Source of the DNA: an uncultured Alphaproteobacteria bacterium
GTDB taxonomy: Bacteria > Pseudomonadota > Alphaproteobacteria > ATCC43930 > CGMCC-115725
Reading direction: 5' to 3'
NCBI GenBank assembly: GCA_963698995.1
Contig: CAVOTD010000081.1
Span: 18,583 to 82,582, forward strand
DNA: 64,000 nucleotides
Shown: positions 11,309 through 20,590 of the stretch, one piece after another
Position numbering within the stretch: the stretch's first letter is position 1
Layout of the letters: each line of letters starts with the position of its first letter
Position numbers and translations under genes: made by a program
The notes under the pieces: model-generated
What the model was told of the DNA's origin: nothing
Databases searched by the model: none
The model's input: the letters and a program-made list of their open reading frames with translations, nothing else

Positions 11309-12850
11309 CTACGCGCCGCGGATCGTGATGTCCTCGTAAGGCCCGGTGTAGGCGAAGCCCGGGATTAGACCGAACCCCGACTCACCCACCCGGGGGCCCA
11401 CGCCGTTGATGAAGGCGAGCTGCATCAGCGGCGCGTAGATCACTCTGCTCGTGAGAGGATCTGCTGCATCTTGTCCAAGATCGCCGCGCGCTTCTTGTGG
11501 TCGAGCTCGATCGCCTGCTGCTGGTAGAGCGCGTCGATCTCGGGATAGTCGCCATAGGCGTAGGCGCCACCCTTGACGGCAAAAGACGCGAGGCGGGTCG
11601 CAGCATTGCCGAAAGCCCCACTGGCGGCCTGGATGATGCCCGGTTTTGAACTTCTTGTTCGCATAACCCTCGAAGAAGGCGGCACGCTCGAGCGGTCGCA
11701 GCTTCGCTCGAATGCCCACCACCTGAAGGTTGTCGAGCACCGCCTCGCCGAGATTGGCGTACGAGGAATCGCAGTAGTATTCGCCGACGTCGAAGCCGTC
11801 GGGAAAACCCGCCTCGGCCAGTAGCTGCTTGGCCTTCGCCGGATCGTAGACCGGCTCCGGCGGCTGCCAGAAGAATTCGAAAGTGTACGGGATGATGCTG
11901 CCGGTGATTTTGGAGTAGCCGAGAGTGATTGCATCGTTGATGCGTCTTGCGGTCGATGGCCAGGCTGGCCGCGCGCCGCACCCGCTCGTCATGCCACGGC
12001 GATTTCGCGTCCCACTGTTCGGGGAAGTAGAGCCACCACGGGCCTTGGGGGACTGACCGGTTTGAGGGTCAGCCCCGGCGTGCGCTGGAGCTCCTCGGCC
12101 AGCTCGCCGCGGATCGAGTAGACGATGTCGATTTCGCCGCGCTTCAGCGCAGCCAGCCGCGTCGTCTCGTCGGGGATCACCTTGAACACCAGGCGCTTGA
12201 CGCTCGGGGTCTTACGCCAATACTGGTCGAAGGCCTCAAACACCAGCTCGACGCCCGGCGTAAACGAAACGAATTTGTAGGGCCCAGCGCCGATCGGCGC
12301 CTTTTTGAAGCCCTCGTCGCCGACCTTTTCGACGTACTTTTTCGGGACGATCCAGCCGGCGCCGCTAGCGGTCGCGTAGAACGTCAGAAAGTCGGGCCAC
12401 GGCTCTTTTAGCTGGAAGCGCACATGCTGCGGATCGGGGGTCTCCGATCGCTGCCACCCGGTCCTTCATCAGATCGTGCGAGGCGCCGCGATAGCGCTCG
12501 AACGAGAATTTGACGTCTTCGGCCGTGACCGGATCACCATTGTGGAACTTTGCATTCTTGCGCAGGACGAACTCGTAGGTGCGGCCGTCCTCGGAGGCCG
12601 ACCAAGACTCGGCCAGGCTCGGCGCCATCGGCTGGCCCGGCATCGGCTTCACCATCGCGTCGTGCAGCGCGTACAGCACCATGAAGGGCGTGATGATCCC
12701 CTGCGTGTCGGCCGGGTCGAACCAGGTCGGCGCCAGCGAGACGTGGACCCCCCAGGTCAGCTGTCCCTCCGGGCCGGCGGCGTGGCCGAGCCGCGGGGCG
12801 CCGGCGACCAGGCCGAGCGCGGCCAGGGCGAAAACATCCCGCCGGGTCAC
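11309..12850 (-). pseudogene. Family-5 substrate-binding protein paralogue B, disrupted by several frameshifts
   Basis: Homology to copy A is spread over minus-strand ORFs in all three frames (11309..11992, 11440..11934, 11989..12423, and the C-terminal part of 12365..13315). The N-terminus TRRDVFALAALGLVAGAP matches copy A. The start is uncertain (GTG complement 12848-12850). Confidence 0.8.
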
Positions 12851-12960
12851 CTGAGCCTTGTTACGCCACTCTCGGCGGTTTCGCGACGCGGATAGGATGA
12901 GCCCACAGTCTCCTCCATTCAGACGGCCTTTGTGGTCGGGCCTTGCGGTTAGTCGTACGG

Positions 12961-14608
12961 CTAGCGTATGTCGCGACGCCTGTGCACGTCGATGCCCTTG
13001 ATCGTGATGTCCTCGTAGGGCGCGGTGTAGGCGAAGCCCGGAATCAGCCCGAACCCCGATTCCCCGACCCGGGGGCCGACGCCGTTGAGAAAGCCCAGCT
13101 GCCAGATCGGCGCGTAGATCGTTCGCTCGGCGAGGAGTTGCTGCATCTTGTCGAGGATCGCCGCGCGCTTCTTGCGGTCGAGCTCGACCGCCTGCTGCGG
13201 GGAACAGCGCGTCTATGTCGGGGTAGCTGCCGTAGCTATAGATGCCGCCTTTGACGACGAATGCTTCGAGGCGGGTCGCGGCGTTTCCGAAGGCGCCGCT
13301 GCCGCTCAATAACAAGTTCTTGAGCTTCTTGTGGGAATATGAGTTCGAAGAAGGCGGCCCGCTCGAGAGGCCGCAGCTTGCAGCGGATGCCGACTGTCAC
13401 GAAATTGTCGAGCACCGCCTCGGTGACATTCGAGTAGGAGGCGTCGCAGTAGAACTCGCCGGCGTCGAAGCCGCCCGGATAACCGGCCTCGGCCAGCAGC
13501 TGCTTGGCCTTCGCCGGGTCGTGGGCCGGTAGCGGCGGCTGCCAATAGAAGTCGAAGGTTTCCGGGATGGTGCTGCCGGTGATCTTCGAGTAGCCCAGCG
13601 TGATCGCGTCGTTGATGCCCTGGCGGTCGATCGCCAGGCTCGCAGCCCGCCGCACCCGCTCATCGTGCCATGGCGATTTCGGGTCCCACTGATCGGGGAA
13701 ATAGACAAAGAATGGAGCCTGAAGGACCGCTGGCTTCAGAGTGAGACCGGGCGTGCGGCGCAGCTCCTCGCCGAGCTCGCCGCGGATCGAGTAGACGATA
13801 TCGACCTCGCCCGCCTTGAGCGCGGCCAGCCGCGTCGCTTCGTCCGGGATCATCTTGAACACCAGGCGCTTGACGCTCGGTGTCTTGCGCCAGAACTGTT
13901 CGAATGCCTCGAATACCAGTCGATCCCCGGCGTGAACGAGACGAATTTATAGGGGCCGGCACCGATCGGCGCATTCTTGAACCCGTCGTCACCGACCTTC
14001 TCGACGTATTTCTTCGGCACGACCCAACTCGCCCCAGTAGCCGTAGCATAGAACGTCATGAAATCGGGCCAGGGTGCCTTGAGCTTAAAGCGCACATGCT
14101 TCGGGTCGGGGGTTTCGATCGCAGCCACCCGATTGTGCAGCAAATCTTGCGAGCTGCCGCGGTAGCGCTCGAACGAAAACTTGACGTCCTCGGCAGTGAC
14201 CGGATCGCCGTTATGGAATGTCGTGCCGTTGCGCAAAACGAAATCGTAGGTCGTTCCGTCCTCGGATGCCGCCCACGACTTGGCCAGGCACGGTGCCATA
14301 GGCTGTCCGGGCATCGGCTTCACGATTGCGTCGTGCAGTGCATAGAGCTCCATGAACGGGGTGATGAACCCCGGCGTCTCAGCCGGGTCGAGCCAGGCCG
14401 GTGCCAAAGTGGTGTGGATGCCCCAGGTCAGCTGGCTCGCCGCAGGGCCGGCGTTGGCGAAACGCGGAGCCCCCGCGATCACGCTTAACCCGGCAAGAGC
14501 GAGAATTTCGCGGCGTGACACGTTGGTCCGTGACACATTGGTCCGTGACACATTGGTCACAGTGGCGCCGGAAGCGGCGTCTCTGCGGCCGCTGAGAGTT
14601 GCGCCCAT
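12961..14608 (-). pseudogene. Family-5 substrate-binding protein paralogue C, at least 3 frameshifts
   Basis: Fragments 13850..14680, 13236..13862, the N-terminal part of 12365..13315, and 12961..13146 follow copy A colinearly. Frame breaks lie near 13925, 13320 and 13195-13200 (C-run). Confidence 0.8.
14514..14558. repeat. 15-bp tandem repeat x3 (cgtgacacattggtc) inside the leader region of paralogue C
   Basis: Read directly. Encodes TNVSR-TNVSR-TNVSR just before the RREILALAGL Tat-like motif. Confidence 0.9.
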
Positions 14609-14833
14609 CGGCCTCCTCCGTTCGTTCCGCCCTTTCTCGGGCTTTGCGTTTAGCGTAGACCAGCAATGCGCAAATGTCACGCCGTTCTGCGAAAGGCCGA
14701 GACGCCACCAGCCGCCGTTTGGGTGCCGGACTTGCAGCCATCGCCATTCGCTTCGACCCGGCCGCAGCCGGCTTCGCGCGAGGCCGCAATCGGGCTAGGA
14801 TGGCGCGACGGCATCACCGCCGAGGAGGGCGCC

Positions 14834-15898
14834 ATGGCCGACGGGCGCAGCGATAATCCAATCATCCACTTCGTCGGAAGTATCCCGTTGCCAGACGCCG
14901 AAGCGGTGTTTCGTTCGCTGACCCAAGCGGCTGGGCCCTATCTTCTGCGCCTGCCCGACGGCGAAACCGGGATCCGCAAGACCTGGATCCGTTTTTTGCA
15001 GGACGTTCTTGCCGAAAATCCGGCAATCGAGCTGGCCAAAGACGTGCCGCCCTTAAAGTTCACGCAATGGGACGGAAGGGTGCTGCGCGAAATCCCGCGG
15101 CTACGCATCAAGCCCGGCGCCAAGCCGGATCCTGACACTTTCGAAACCGGCTACGCCGCGATGGCAATCGCGTCCTGGAGCGTATTCGAGAGGTTGCAAA
15201 AGGACGGCGTCATTCCGGCGAATGTCAAATTTCAGATCTCGCTCCCGACGCCGATCGCGCCAACCTACAACAACATGGTGCCGACCGACCGCCCGGTACT
15301 ATTGCCAGCGCTGACCGAACATTTGATCGGCGAGGTCGCGAAGATTGCTCGAGCACTCCCCTCTGATCGCCTCGCCGTGCAATGGGATGTGTGCCAGGAA
15401 GTGCTGGCCTGGGAAGGCTACTATGAAGCGGGACCTGTCGACTTCCGCAGCGAGACGCTGACGGTCTTGTCGGAGATCGGCGACGCGGTGCCCGCCGCCA
15501 TCGAGCTCGGCTACCATCTCTGCTATGGGAGCCCGGCCGACGAGCACCTCGTGCAGCCCAAAGACACGGGCATCATGGTCGAGATGGCCAATTCAATCAG
15601 CAGCGGAGTAAGGCGCCCGATCCAGTTCTTCCACATGCCAGTACCCAAGGGCCGCACCGATGACGGCTATTTCGCGCCACTCAAAAATTTGCGATTGCGC
15701 CCGGACACGGGGCTTTATCTCGGCCTGATCCATCACAACGATGTGCATGGCGATGCGACAAGGCTGGCCACGGCACGACGCCACGCCCACGTCGACGGTG
15801 TCAGCACCGAATGCGGCATGGCGCGCGGCGATCCGGAGCGGCTGCCTTCGCTCCTTGCTGCACACGTCCGCGCCGCCCAAATCGCTGCGTCGGCATAG
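14834..15898 (+). CDS. Hypothetical protein (354 aa), possibly a MetE/UROD-like TIM-barrel enzyme
   Basis: Start chosen at MADGRSDNPIIHF (ATG 14834, RBS gaggaggg 14822-14829) rather than the track start at 14666. No motif that I can assign with confidence. Confidence 0.55.
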   Translation: MADGRSDNPIIHFVGSIPLPDAEAVFRSLTQAAGPYLLRLPDGETGIRKTWIRFLQDVLAENPAIELAKDVPPLKFTQWDGRVLREIPRLRIKPGAKPDPDTFETGYAAMAIASWSVFERLQKDGVIPANVKFQISLPTPIAPTYNNMVPTDRPVLLPALTEHLIGEVAKIARALPSDRLAVQWDVCQEVLAWEGYYEAGPVDFRSETLTVLSEIGDAVPAAIELGYHLCYGSPADEHLVQPKDTGIMVEMANSISSGVRRPIQFFHMPVPKGRTDDGYFAPLKNLRLRPDTGLYLGLIHHNDVHGDATRLATARRHAHVDGVSTECGMARGDPERLPSLLAAHVRAAQIAASA

Positions 15899-16237
15899 CT
15901 GCTCGATTTCGACGGGTGACTGTTCCGCCAACTTAAATCGCGTCAATGATCGTCGTGGTCCCGGCCACGCCGAGCCGATCGCTCCGAATAGCAGGAGCGC
16001 GGGTCTGAGCGGATTCCTCGACGGCCTCGACAGCGGGTCATGGTCGGCATCGTCCGGTTAAGCAAACGTGCCACGCAACCAGGTCGAACCAGATCCGGTT
16101 GCGCAACGGCTGTTGCCTCACTCGGTCCCGTGCACCTCCGGCCCGCGGTTGCTGGCCGAGCCCCCCGCGAACGCTCGTCCAATTGTAAAGCGCACTCAAT
16201 TCTGACCTACTGCCCGAGACGTCGTTCGCAATAGGCC

Positions 16238-16816
16238 ATGAACCTCATTATTCGGCTCCTGATAGTGCTGGCGACCGCGATGTTTCGCGGTCCCCTCGGC
16301 CTCGGCGACACTTCTCGCGTTCGATTGCGCGTGTTGCCCAACGATCTTGACCTCAACCTGCATATGAACAACGGCCGTTATCTCACGGTCATGGATCTGG
16401 GCCGCATCGATTTTCTGATCAGAGCCGGGTCTCCAAGGCTTTTTCTTCGCAATCGTTGGCAACCCCTGATCGGCGGGACCATCATCCGTTACCGCTTCGG
16501 TCTGCGCGCCTTCGAGCGGTTCGAGGTCGCAACCCGGATCCTGTGCTGGGACGAGAAGTGGTTCTATTTCGAGCAGCGCGTCGAAAACAGCCAAGGTGTT
16601 GCGGCGATCGCGCTATCCAAGGCGCTGGTCCGGGACCGGGGCGGGACGGTGAGTTCGGATTCGGTGCTCCGCTCGGTGGGGATCGCTGCGGAACGCCCCG
16701 ATCCGGCGCTTTCCGTGTCACGATGGCTTGCAGCGGAAGATATGCTGCACCTCGGCGAGGGAACAGCGGATCCAGGTGACGCGGAACCCGATCGAGGCAG
16801 CGGCGCGTCGTTGTGA
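16238..16816 (+). CDS. Thioesterase-superfamily (hot-dog fold, acyl-CoA thioesterase-like) protein
   Basis: 192 aa. Pattern RVLPNDLDLNLHMNNGRYLTVMDLGRIDF is typical of 4HBT_2-type thioesterases. Confidence 0.65.
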   Translation: MNLIIRLLIVLATAMFRGPLGLGDTSRVRLRVLPNDLDLNLHMNNGRYLTVMDLGRIDFLIRAGSPRLFLRNRWQPLIGGTIIRYRFGLRAFERFEVATRILCWDEKWFYFEQRVENSQGVAAIALSKALVRDRGGTVSSDSVLRSVGIAAERPDPALSVSRWLAAEDMLHLGEGTADPGDAEPDRGSGASL

Positions 16817-16837
16817 AGGAGGCGGGCGGAGGGGCCA

Positions 16838-17640
16838 ATGAAGACAATGTGGAGGACCGTGAGGCACCACTATGTTTGCATTTGGAACCACCGTCTTTTA
16901 AGGCGCGTGAGGCACCACTGTATTTGCCTCGAGGCCTACCTGCGGCTCACCTGGCCGTTCATCGCTTTGCAGCTCGCATTGTGGTATTTCTTGACACAAA
17001 CGGATCAAGGTCGAGATATTCTGAAATCCGAGACGCAACCACCATGGAAAGAGATAATTTTCCTTATCTGTCTAGTAGGTTTTGCATTTTTTGTCTGGAT
17101 GCTCAAGCGCACGGTCATCGAGCGGACCGAGAATAATTTAAAAGTTTTGTCGGAAGGTGCGTTCGGATCTACAGGGTTGCGCCTCTCAACAATATCTTCC
17201 ATTTGTAAATGATAATGTAGATCGGCAGCATGCTCGTTGGTATCGCTACCATGTACCAGTTATAAGCAGTGTTCTATTATTGCCATTCTTGGGATTATGG
17301 CTTGCAGGCGCCTGGTATATGGTCGGTCTTGGTATAGCAACATCTACCATCTTTCTGTTGTTGTGGATCCTGTGTACGAGAGGATTAGATAAACGTGGCC
17401 CGCTAATTTCAAAAATCTTCGCCGTCATGGGTATGTCGTGTTTTATTGCTGTTGCTGATAATTTTGTGGTGGTGGCCTCCAGGTGACCTTAGCAACGATC
17501 AAAAGGTTTATTGGTATATCGTAAACTTTAATATAGTAATGTTTTTTGTAATTTTATCTCTATGGTTCCGGCGTTTACGGCAATTTGCTATGTATTTCAC
17601 GATATTTTGGCTCTCTTGCTGCTCCACCTTTATTTTACTA
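16838..17640 (+). other. Series of three overlapping short ORFs (16838..17212, 17157..17486, 17446..17829) encoding hydrophobic helices. Either small membrane proteins or a frameshifted N-terminal membrane domain of the downstream patatin gene.
   Basis: AT-rich (about 30-50% GC per 60-nt line by my counts). Strong RBS ggagggg 5 nt before ATG 16838. Each ORF hands over to the next in a different frame, with 2-3 predicted TM helices each. Confidence 0.4.
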
Positions 17641-19243
17641 TGCTTGTTTTCACCCGGTAGAAGCGGCCAGTTTAGTCGGCCACTTCGGGGTTTACAACAT
17701 AGCTTTTGTCGGGTTTCTGTTTCTGATGGTATTCGCGTTCGCGCTCGTCTGGATCGCCTACAAATTTCCGGTCACTCTGCTGGCGACGACGGCAGTACTG
17801 TTCATTATATTTTTGTTGCCTATAGATAAACATCGAATTAGAGACTGTATCGGCTGCCGTCCGCTCGATAAGTCGAGCTTTCCTTTCGACCTTGATAAGG
17901 CGATTGACCGCTGGTACGCACAGAATCCCAATGATGGTCAACCCCGCACGATGATCCTTGTCGCCGCCGCGGGCGGGGGCTCACGCGCCGCCTACTGGAC
18001 CGGCAGCGTTCTCGGCGCACTCCAGGACAAAATCCCCGATTTCCGGAGACATCTGTTCGCCATCAGCGGGGTCTCCGGCGGGGCGCTCGGCGGCGCAGCC
18101 TTCGCGGCCGCGCTGGGTCCCGATCCCCCTTTGGAGTTCGAGCCTCACAAACCACTCTGCCGCGTACCCGAGTCGCAGTCGTTTCACGATTGCCTTACCG
18201 CATTCCTCTCCCATGACTTTCTTGGCCCGGTTCTGGCATCGTTTTTGACCGGAGACCTAGTAAGACGCATCGCGCCTCTCCCATCATCCTGGCTAGGCTA
18301 TGATCGGGGTGGGGCGCTGGAGCTGGGGTGGGAAAGCGCCTGGGCGGCCACCTTCGCAGGTCCGAATCGAATGGCGAACGCCTTCGACGCCCTGTGGAAG
18401 GATGACTCCTATCAGGTGAACCTGCTGTTGAACGGGACGCTGGCCTATGCCGGTGAGAAGGTGCCGACTGATCCGGGCGAGCGGGTGGTGACAAGCAACT
18501 TGCTCGTTGAACATTGGGCCAACACTGGCGTCGTCAATCCGGCGGAATATGTTCGGTTCCGCCTCAGCACCGCAATCGACAACAGCACGCGCTTCCCGTT
18601 CGTCGAGCCGACCGGCTCTACGAACGTGGGCCGTCCGGCAGACGGACCAGCAGGAATCGTCGATAGCGGCTACCAAGCGGGGATCGTTGATGGCGGCTAT
18701 TATGATAATTACGGAGCGGCCACGATACTGGACCTTCTCAGCCAGCTGAACCACTATTGGGGAGGTCACCGGTTACAAAACTTGGAGCTGATTATTATTC
18801 AGATATCGAGCAATCCAGACGTCGTGGCTAAATTGGATGATCCTGACCATCATAGCGAAACTTGTGAGATGCAGGGTAATTTGCCGCGCCCTAAAACGCA
18901 GCGGCCCGAGGAGGTGTTGGCGCCTTCGAGCGAGGCAATGAGTGCTTATCTAACCGCGATGGCGGCACGCGAGTGGGCGGGACTTGCGTACGCCAAGGAC
19001 CTGCGGCGCTGGGATTGCCTAAGGGAAAAGTTCAGCGACCGTAAAGACGACATTAAAAAACCCGATGTCCACTATTATCATTTCGGCATGAGAGCAAAAG
19101 ATACGCCTCTCGGCTGGAACTTGTCGCCTGGTTCCCGTAAGAGAATCGATGAGCTGTTGGAGAACGGCAGCGACGCAAACAAAACAATAGCGGAACTATG
19201 CCATGACTTACATCAGCCCGACGAAATATGCAAACGGATATAG
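17585..19243 (+). CDS. Patatin-like phospholipase with N-terminal transmembrane segments
   Basis: Oxyanion motif AAAGGGSRAAYW (aa 129-133), nucleophile elbow GVSGG (aa 162-166), catalytic Asp motif VDGGYYDNYG (aa 369). Two or more TM helices at the N-terminus. Confidence 0.8.
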   Translation: MLCISRYFGSLAAPPLFYYACFHPVEAASLVGHFGVYNIAFVGFLFLMVFAFALVWIAYKFPVTLLATTAVLFIIFLLPIDKHRIRDCIGCRPLDKSSFPFDLDKAIDRWYAQNPNDGQPRTMILVAAAGGGSRAAYWTGSVLGALQDKIPDFRRHLFAISGVSGGALGGAAFAAALGPDPPLEFEPHKPLCRVPESQSFHDCLTAFLSHDFLGPVLASFLTGDLVRRIAPLPSSWLGYDRGGALELGWESAWAATFAGPNRMANAFDALWKDDSYQVNLLLNGTLAYAGEKVPTDPGERVVTSNLLVEHWANTGVVNPAEYVRFRLSTAIDNSTRFPFVEPTGSTNVGRPADGPAGIVDSGYQAGIVDGGYYDNYGAATILDLLSQLNHYWGGHRLQNLELIIIQISSNPDVVAKLDDPDHHSETCEMQGNLPRPKTQRPEEVLAPSSEAMSAYLTAMAAREWAGLAYAKDLRRWDCLREKFSDRKDDIKKPDVHYYHFGMRAKDTPLGWNLSPGSRKRIDELLENGSDANKTIAELCHDLHQPDEICKRI

Positions 19244-19260
19244 GCGGACACAGAGGCAGT

Positions 19261-20589
19261 CTACCTCCCCGCGTCGAGGCCGGCGAACATTGGAGCGCGG
19301 GTCTGGGCGAATTCCTCGACGGCGCCGACGAGCGCGTCGTGGTCGCTGTCGTCGAGGGCGATCGACAAAGCGAACATGCCGCGCTTGGCAAACCAGATGC
19401 CGCGTCCGACCAGGTCGAAATAAAACAGGTCGCGCAGCGCAGCACTGCCGCGTTCGGCATCGTCCTGTGAGCAGATCGGCCCATCGGTCATATGGACCGC
19501 CAGCATCGACCCGAGCCCGGTGAACTGCATGGCCAGTCCGTGCCGGCGCACCACGGCGTTGAGCCGCTCGCGCAAGCGATCACCCGAGGCGTTGAGGGCG
19601 CGGGCGCGCTCGGGAGTGTAGATTTCGGTCAGCCCGACGAGGCCGGCGCTCATCGTCAGCACGTTGTTGTTGAAGGTGCCGGCGTGCTGGAAGGCGTCCG
19701 GCCGACGCGGGTCGAAACGCTCCATCAGATCGGCGCGCCCGCCAAAGGCGCCAAAGCTCATGCCGCCGCCGACATATTTGCCGAGCGTCGTCAGGTCGGA
19801 AAAGATGCCGTGCACCTCCTGCAACCCGCCGGGCGCCAGCCGCGAGGTCATCACCTCATCGAAGATCAACAATGCTCCGGTCTCGTCGGCCAAACCGCGC
19901 AACCCGGCGAGAAACGAGCGCTCGGCCAAGATGCAGCCGGTGGTGCCCTGCATCGGCTCGATCAGGATCGCGGCGAGCTCGGCCCGATGCGGCACCACCA
20001 GCCTCTCGACCGCCGCGAGGTCGTTGTAATCTCCGAGCAGATACTCGAACGGCGCGTTGAGCGCGCTGCCATGGCCGCGGAAATAGAACACCCCGCCATG
20101 GTAGCCGCCCTTGAACACCAAGACTTTCGGCCGACCGGTGATCGCCCGCGCGGCGCTGACCGCCATCAGGTTGGCCTCGGTGCCGGAATTGGTGAAGCGC
20201 ACCAGCTCGATCGACGGAAAACGGGCGCAGACCGCTGCGGCGAAGCGCGCCTCGATCACATTATGCGCCCCGAAATTGAGGCCCTCGGCGAGCGCCGCCT
20301 CGATCGCCTGGCGGATCGCCGGATGCGAATGTCCGTAGATCCCGGCGGTGAACTCGCTGAGGAAATCGGCATATTCGTGCCCGTCGATATCCCACAGCCG
20401 CGCCCCCTCGCCGCGCGCGATGGTCAGCGGGAACGGGTCGACGTGGATCGCCGAGCGGGTATTGCCGCCGGGCATCGCGGCACAGGCTTCACGATGTTGG
20501 GCGAGGCTCTTCGGGTTGCGCGCCCGATAGAGTTCTTCCGCCTCGGCGAGCGCCGCCTCGAGGTCGATATTGCCGGGATGGGTCGTCAT
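19261..20589 (-). CDS. Class-III (GSA-aminomutase-like) PLP-dependent aminotransferase
   Basis: Start at MTTHPGNIDLEAAL (ATG complement 20587-20589). Pattern RFTNSGTEANLMAV..FDEVMTSR. Confidence 0.85.
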   Translation of the reverse strand: MTTHPGNIDLEAALAEAEELYRARNPKSLAQHREACAAMPGGNTRSAIHVDPFPLTIARGEGARLWDIDGHEYADFLSEFTAGIYGHSHPAIRQAIEAALAEGLNFGAHNVIEARFAAAVCARFPSIELVRFTNSGTEANLMAVSAARAITGRPKVLVFKGGYHGGVFYFRGHGSALNAPFEYLLGDYNDLAAVERLVVPHRAELAAILIEPMQGTTGCILAERSFLAGLRGLADETGALLIFDEVMTSRLAPGGLQEVHGIFSDLTTLGKYVGGGMSFGAFGGRADLMERFDPRRPDAFQHAGTFNNNVLTMSAGLVGLTEIYTPERARALNASGDRLRERLNAVVRRHGLAMQFTGLGSMLAVHMTDGPICSQDDAERGSAALRDLFYFDLVGRGIWFAKRGMFALSIALDDSDHDALVGAVEEFAQTRAPMFAGLDAGR

Positions 20590-20590
20590 C

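Noticed and set aside
17585-19243. Calling the patatin gene a CBASS CapV effector
   Set aside because: No CD-NTase, E1/E2/JAB or other CBASS component is present in the island. The N-terminal polytopic membrane region is also atypical for CapV.
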